Source of the DNA: Candidatus Marinacidobacterales bacterium
GTDB lineage: Bacteria; Acidobacteriota; Vicinamibacteria; Marinacidobacterales; DATDRI01
Direction of reading: 5' to 3'
Length of the DNA: 64,000 nucleotides
Assembly: GCA_965226495.1 (NCBI GenBank)
Contig: OZ245365.1
Span: forward strand, 1,696,001-1,760,000
Part shown: positions 58,816-64,000 of the stretch, in pieces
Layout of the letters: every line of letters starts with the position of its first letter
How positions within the stretch are numbered: the stretch's first letter is position 1
The notes under the pieces: generated by a model
The model's database searches: none
The model's input: the letters and a program-made list of their open reading frames with translations, nothing else
Told to the model about the DNA's origin: nothing
Position numbers and translations under genes: made by a program

Positions 58816-58828
58816 AGGACTTGTGAAC

Positions 58829-59077
58829 ATGCGTGCTCTCAAGGAATACGACAACGTCCGTATCGTCCGTCTTTTGAAGGAGAACCGGCACTACGACGGA
58901 ACCGACGGAGTACGCCGGGCGCCAGCAGTGGGCGACGTTGGGATCATCGTTCATGAGTACGATCCGGAGGATCCGAGGGGGCCGCTGGCGGTTGAGAAAG
59001 TGGATCCGGATGGGAATGCGCTCTGGCTCGCCGACTTCGAGCGCGACGAGCTCGAGTACGTCGACCCGTTTGTATAG
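58829..59077 (+). CDS. small DUF4926-like protein
   Basis: EYDNVRI..L, GDVGIIVH and WLADF...ELE. Confidence 0.65.
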   Translation: MRALKEYDNVRIVRLLKENRHYDGTDGVRRAPAVGDVGIIVHEYDPEDPRGPLAVEKVDPDGNALWLADFERDELEYVDPFV

Positions 59078-59086
59078 AAAGCAGTC

Positions 59087-60208
59087 ATGAGCGAAGCGCG
59101 CCCCGAGCTGAAGAAGGACATCAGTGCCCTCCAGTTTTTTACTCTCGGCTTCGGAACCATTATCGGAGTCGGTTGGGTGGTGGTGTTGGGGCAATGGCTA
59201 TCGAAGGCTGGACCCCTTGGCGCGATCTTGGGTTTTGCGGGGGGCGGCTTGATCATGATGCTGGTCGCGCTCTGTTACGCAGAGATGTCTGGCCAGCTAC
59301 CCGTGGCGGGTGGGGAAGTGGCCTACGCCTACGAGCTCTACGGCGTCAACGTGAGCTTCGCCATCGGTTGGGCAATGGCCTTGATTTACATCGCCACCAC
59401 GACGTTCGAGGCACTGTCGGTGGGGTGGGTGGCAGGCGCGCTGCTCGAAGGCTTCGAAGGTCGGATTCTCTACACCGTGCGGGGTGATCCGGTTTATCTG
59501 GGGAGCCTCGCGCTCGGTCTCGGGGGGATGGCGCTTCTCACCTACCTGAATTATCGCGGCGCCAAGGCCGCCACTCGATTTCAAGACGTTCTCACGTACG
59601 GCGTTCTCGGCCTCTCGCTGATTTTCATTACCGCGGGACTCGTTTGGGGCAAAACTGCAAACTTGGAGCCCTTGTTTCAGCAGACGAGCTCGGCAGGCAT
59701 GGGTATTGTGGGAGTCCTGGTCACAGCGCCGTTCTGGTATGGCGGCTTCAATGTCATCCCGCAAGCGATCGAGGAAATGGCTCCTGGCACCTCGGTCAAG
59801 ATGGTGGGCCGGATGATCCTCCTGTCGCTGTTCTTTGCGGGACTCTTTTACTGCTTGATCATACTCTCCGCTTCCATGAGTATGCCGTGGCAGGAGATGC
59901 TCGAGCTCGAGCTTCCCGCTGCCGGGGCCTTCGAAGCGGCGCTCGACTCTCCCGCGCTCGCGCACTTGGTTCTGTTGGCCGCCTTCTTTGGGATCGTCAC
60001 CACCTGGAACGCGGTCTTCCTGGCCGCTTCCCGAGTGTTGTTCGCGCTGGGCCGGGCCTCTATCATTCCGCCGGCCTTCGCTTCGGTTCATAGCAAGTTT
60101 CGGTCGCCCTCGGTGGCCGTTTTCTTCGTGGGTGTCATCGGTTCCGCCGGCGTCTTCTTAGGCGAGGCGCGATCATGTCCCCGAAGAGGGAAAGGAAATC
60201 ACATCTGA
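59087..60208 (+). pseudogene. APC-family amino acid permease, 3'-truncated
   Basis: GFGTIIGVGW, YAEM..LPVAGGE and SRVLFALGR; hydrophobic sequence breaks at ~60165, before the expected final TM helices. Confidence 0.7.
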
Positions 60209-60223
60209 GGAAATCGTGGAATA

Positions 60224-62233
60224 TTGTCGGGAGAAGCTAGCGGGTTACAAGATCCCCCGAATCCTCGAGCTCACCGACGAGATCCCCCGGACGCCCACCG
60301 GGAAGATTCAAAAGCACACGTTGATAGAGCGCTTCCCTGGACCGGCACCGGAGTGAAAGAGATAAGACTGCTCGTCGCCGGAGCGTGGAGTGATTTCCGG
60401 CGCACGTGGCCCGCACTCATCGCGACGGACGTCCTGTACAAAGCCCTGGCTTTCGTTCTCCTAACGCCGCTCGTCGGGCTTGCGCTTCGTCTGCTCGTCA
60501 GTACGTCGGGGACCTCCGTGCTGGCCGATACCGACATTCTCTTCTTCGTCTTGAGCCCCATCGGCGTGGTGACGTTGATCGTCGTCGGAGCGGTGGGTCT
60601 CGCGATCGTGTCGTTGGAGCAGGCGTGCTTGATGACCATCGGCTTCGGTGCGGTTCATGACAAGCGCATTCGGTATTCCGACGCGCTTCGCTACGGCGCG
60701 CGGCGCGTCCCCCGGGTCCTCGACCTTACGGTCCGCATCGTCGTCAAGGCACTTCTGATTGCATCGCCGTTCCTCCTCGCAGGGGGCCTCGTTTACCTAG
60801 TGCTTCTGACGGATTTCGACATCAACTACTATTTAAACGAGAAACCGCCGGCCTTTTGGGTTGCGGCCCTATTGATCGGTGGGATCTTGTTAGTGTTGGC
60901 GACGGTGCTCGTTCCGCGGCTCATCGGTTGGGCCTTTGCTCTTCCGCTCCTCCTCTTCGAGGATATCCCCACCCGCCGAGCTCTATCCGTAAGCCAACAA
61001 CGGGTCACGGGCCATCGGTGGACCATCACCGTCCTGCTCGTGGGATGGGCGGTGGCCTCGATTCTTCTTTCTGGTTTTGTGTTCGGCGCAGGGGGACTAC
61101 TGGGACGTCTCATCGTGCCGACCGTGGCCGGCTCCATGGCTCTTCTGATTCTCGTCATGGGAGCAGTTCTTCTCCTTTTGAATGGTGCCAACCTCGTCCT
61201 GAGCCTCGTGGTCGCGGCCACTTTCGCTCTATTGGTGATCCGCTTGTACGAACGTTTCGCGGAGGCACCGGAGAAGAGCATCGACTGGGAAGGAGCTGAT
61301 CCCCTGGGGAGCCGGCGCGAGTGGCGAGTCTCGATGAGGGCTCTCGTCGCAGGCTTGGCCGTCGGGGCAGCCATGGCCGGACTCATTGGTGCCTTCTTGG
61401 TAGACAGCATTCGATGGGACACCGACGTACTCGTTATTGCGCACCGCGGCGCGGCGGGAGCGGCGCCCGAGAACACACTGGCCTCGATCGAGCGGGCGAT
61501 CCTCGATGGTACGGATTTGGTCGAGATAGACGTCCAGGAAACCGCCGATGGGGAAGTCGTCGTCATCCATGACAGCGATCTCATGAAGGTCGCAGGCGTA
61601 AATCTAGCGATCTGGGACGCCACTTATGAGCGGCTTCAGGAAATCGACGTCGGGAGCTGGTTTGCTCCGCAGTTCAGCGACGAGCGGGTGCCTAGCCTCG
61701 AGCAAGTGCTCGAGCTTTGCAAGGGGAGGGCTCGCGTTGACATCGAGCTCAAATATTACGGACACGACGAACGTCTCGAGGAACGGGTGGTGGAAATCGT
61801 CGAGCGGACGGGGATGGAGTCGCAAATCGTCGCCATGTCTTTGAAGTACGATGCGATCCAGAAGGTGCGCGGGCTGAGACCGGGCTGGACGCTCGGACTC
61901 TTGACCGCTAAGGCGGTGGGGGACCTTACGAGGCTGGACGCCGACTTTCTCGCCGTTCACGCCGGGCTGGCGACACCCCGCTTTATCAAGTCGGCACACG
62001 CTCGGGGAAAGGACGTCTTCGTGTGGACGGTCAACGACCAGGTGCAGATGGCGACGATGGTGGGCCGTGGCGTCGATGGCATCATCACCGACGAGCCGGC
62101 TCTGGCACGAGAGGTGCTCGAACGGCTCGATGAAATGAATGTGGTCGAGAGGCTCATGCTGGAGTTTTCACTATGGTTCGGTGTGGTGCCCAAGCAGGCG
62201 GGACCGGAGACCGACGCTAATGAGCTATCCTAG
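60224..62233 (+). CDS. glycerophosphodiester phosphodiesterase with N-terminal membrane domain (start may be GTG 60353)
   Basis: IAHRG, PENT, EIDVQ, HD, IELK, VWTVN and GIITD motifs. Confidence 0.9.
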   Translation: MSGEASGLQDPPNPRAHRRDPPDAHREDSKAHVDRALPWTGTGVKEIRLLVAGAWSDFRRTWPALIATDVLYKALAFVLLTPLVGLALRLLVSTSGTSVLADTDILFFVLSPIGVVTLIVVGAVGLAIVSLEQACLMTIGFGAVHDKRIRYSDALRYGARRVPRVLDLTVRIVVKALLIASPFLLAGGLVYLVLLTDFDINYYLNEKPPAFWVAALLIGGILLVLATVLVPRLIGWAFALPLLLFEDIPTRRALSVSQQRVTGHRWTITVLLVGWAVASILLSGFVFGAGGLLGRLIVPTVAGSMALLILVMGAVLLLLNGANLVLSLVVAATFALLVIRLYERFAEAPEKSIDWEGADPLGSRREWRVSMRALVAGLAVGAAMAGLIGAFLVDSIRWDTDVLVIAHRGAAGAAPENTLASIERAILDGTDLVEIDVQETADGEVVVIHDSDLMKVAGVNLAIWDATYERLQEIDVGSWFAPQFSDERVPSLEQVLELCKGRARVDIELKYYGHDERLEERVVEIVERTGMESQIVAMSLKYDAIQKVRGLRPGWTLGLLTAKAVGDLTRLDADFLAVHAGLATPRFIKSAHARGKDVFVWTVNDQVQMATMVGRGVDGIITDEPALAREVLERLDEMNVVERLMLEFSLWFGVVPKQAGPETDANELS

Positions 62234-62264
62234 CGGCGGGGCCTAGCTTTTATCGGAGGGAACC

Positions 62265-63101
62265 ATGAACGAGTGGATCCTGCGCAACGAGCTGATCATC
62301 CGCGGCGCCGTTTTCATCGCCGTCCTCATCCCTATGGCGCTGTGGGAGATCGTCGCACCTCGGCGTCCGCTGACCGACTCCAAACCGGTGCGCTGGTTCA
62401 GCAACCTCGGGATCGTTTTGCTTAACCTCGTTACCCTGAGACTGGTCCTGCCGGTCGGCGCCGTGGGCCTAGCCTGGTTGGCGAGCGAGCGCGGATGGGG
62501 CCTGTTGAACAACGTGGAGCTGCCGTACGTCCTATCCGTCGTTCTGTCAGTCGTTGCGCTCGACTTCGTCATCTACGTGCAACATGTTCTCTTTCACGCC
62601 ATCCCCGCACTTTGGCAGCTTCACATGACGCACCCCGCCGACGTGGACTTCGATGTAACCACCGGCACCCGATTTCACCCCATCGAAATTGTTCTCTCGA
62701 TGCTAATTAAGTTTGCCGCCGTCGCTGCCTTGGGCCCCCCGGTTTTGGGAGTACTGATTTTCGAGATCGTTCTGAACGCGACTGCGATGTTCAATCACAG
62801 CAACGTCCGTATCCCCCTAGGTCTGGACCGAATACTGAGGTTGTTGGTGGTGACGCCGGACATGCATCGGGTCCACCACTCGGTGGTCCGAGAGGAAACG
62901 AATAGTAACTTTGGCTTCAACCTGCCGTGGTGGGATCGGCTCTTGGGCACCTATACGGCTCAGCCCGTCGAAGGGCATCAGGACATGACCATTGGCCTGT
63001 CGCACTTACAGGGGTTGGGTCGGCAGAGACTGCCTCGAATGTTGGCCATTCCGTTCACCGAGCCTCCCGGCGACTACGTGATTTGCCGCCAGCCAAGTTG
63101 A
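62265..63101 (+). CDS. sterol desaturase / fatty acid hydroxylase family protein
   Basis: His boxes HVLFH, RFHP, FNHSN and HRVHH; second box reads HMTHP. Confidence 0.85.
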   Translation: MNEWILRNELIIRGAVFIAVLIPMALWEIVAPRRPLTDSKPVRWFSNLGIVLLNLVTLRLVLPVGAVGLAWLASERGWGLLNNVELPYVLSVVLSVVALDFVIYVQHVLFHAIPALWQLHMTHPADVDFDVTTGTRFHPIEIVLSMLIKFAAVAALGPPVLGVLIFEIVLNATAMFNHSNVRIPLGLDRILRLLVVTPDMHRVHHSVVREETNSNFGFNLPWWDRLLGTYTAQPVEGHQDMTIGLSHLQGLGRQRLPRMLAIPFTEPPGDYVICRQPS

Positions 63102-63127
63102 AGATGTAGCGATCTTCAAAGTAAAAT

Positions 63128-63331
63128 CGTCGCCTCAACACGCCGGGCCTCGAAGCCAAATACACCGGGCTATTCGAGCCTCGATACGTGTTAGAGTCCG
63201 CCCGCGTCCTTGCCCAATTGGGGCAGAAAGAAGCGGCACGCGATGAGTATCGCCGCTTTCTCGAATTCTGGAAAGACGCCGATCTCGATCTCCCGGAGCT
63301 TCGGGAAGCTAGAGCATACTCGGCAGAGTAG
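63128..63331 (+). pseudogene. orphan C-terminal TPR fragment
   Basis: ARVLAQLGQKEAARDEYRRFLEFWKDADLDLPELREAR* with no convincing start. Confidence 0.55.
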
Positions 63332-63346
63332 AGAGGTGCCCTCGCC

Positions 63347-63808
63347 ATGTGGAGCAAAGGCATAAAGCCGTCTACCCGCGGGAAGATATTCTTGTTCACC
63401 GGGATGCCATTCGTCGCCATTGGTATCCTGGGGGGCCTCAGTACGAATGAGCTTCAAGTGCGAGGTGTCCTTACGCATGCGAGTTTGGTCGAGAAGTATA
63501 CGAGTCGAGTCCACCCCGGAGAAAGCGGTAATCTGCATTACAAACTGCGAGTCGTCTTCACTGGGCCCTATGGATACGAGCACGAGCACGTGACTGAGGC
63601 GAAGAATCAGCATCACTTCGAGACGCTAGAGGTAGGCGATGTCATCGACCTCGTCTACGATCCGCAAGACCCTTCGCGCGCTGCCCTCCCTCGGCAATTG
63701 GCCCAACCTTGGTGGGGGGGTGCGCTCGTGGTTGGCGTACTGGGGTTGCCTATGATGGGGATAGGGGCTTGGATTCTACTTCGCGACCGAATGGCGGCCG
63801 CAAACTGA
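63347..63808 (+). CDS. DUF3592-like two-TM protein
   Basis: GAGG RBS; VGDVIDLVYDPQDPSRA motif between TM segments. Confidence 0.75.
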   Translation: MWSKGIKPSTRGKIFLFTGMPFVAIGILGGLSTNELQVRGVLTHASLVEKYTSRVHPGESGNLHYKLRVVFTGPYGYEHEHVTEAKNQHHFETLEVGDVIDLVYDPQDPSRAALPRQLAQPWWGGALVVGVLGLPMMGIGAWILLRDRMAAAN

Positions 63809-63871
63809 CCTACCCGCATGTACTAGCTTGAGCTCGCGCTTGACCGCGATGGATTTCAGGAGGACTTCACG

Positions 63872-64000
63872 ATGAGGAGGATTGTTTTGCTATTCGTCTA
63901 CTTCGCTATCTTTTTAATTGCCGGGGCCGGTGCGCCTACTGCGTCTGCACAAAGTGGCGCGCGGCAGGTGGAGAGCGCCGATCTTTCCAACCTTCTGTGG
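63872..64000 (+). CDS. secreted protein, 3'-partial
   Basis: AGGAGG RBS and MRRIVLLF...ASAQ signal peptide; runs off the window. Confidence 0.6.
   Translation, partial: MRRIVLLFVYFAIFLIAGAGAPTASAQSGARQVESADLSNLLW

Overview
GC-rich bacterial chromosomal window; gene content suggests Acidobacteriota/Vicinamibacteria-like (inference). 1-28.6 kb is core-like: argH (5'-partial), a DUF3604-type protein divergent from two tandem BNR/VPS10-repeat proteins, an mscS pseudogene, a ChdC/chlorite-dismutase family gene, ybaK, a metal-binding/cytochrome c pair, nnrE, a TPR protein and a moxR-DUF58-batABCDE-hemW-ltaE operon. An integron follows directly. Its integrase (~28704-29681) is co-oriented with the cassette array and lacks an ATG/GTG/TTG start for its N-terminal domain. 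A near-consensus promoter (TTGAAA-N17-TACAAT) overlaps the intI stop codon, and attI is inferred at ~29899 (GTTAGAT). About 17 attC sites, intact to degenerate, extend to ~50.95 kb. The cassettes encode exported hydrolases, oxidoreductases, a HigBA-type toxin-antitoxin pair, signal peptidase I and many small unknown proteins. IS256, IS481 and IS30 elements have inserted into the array. attC quality decays with distance from attI, and past ~51.5 kb co-oriented cassette-like genes continue without recognisable attC sites. All calls come from reading the sequence; no database searches were run.
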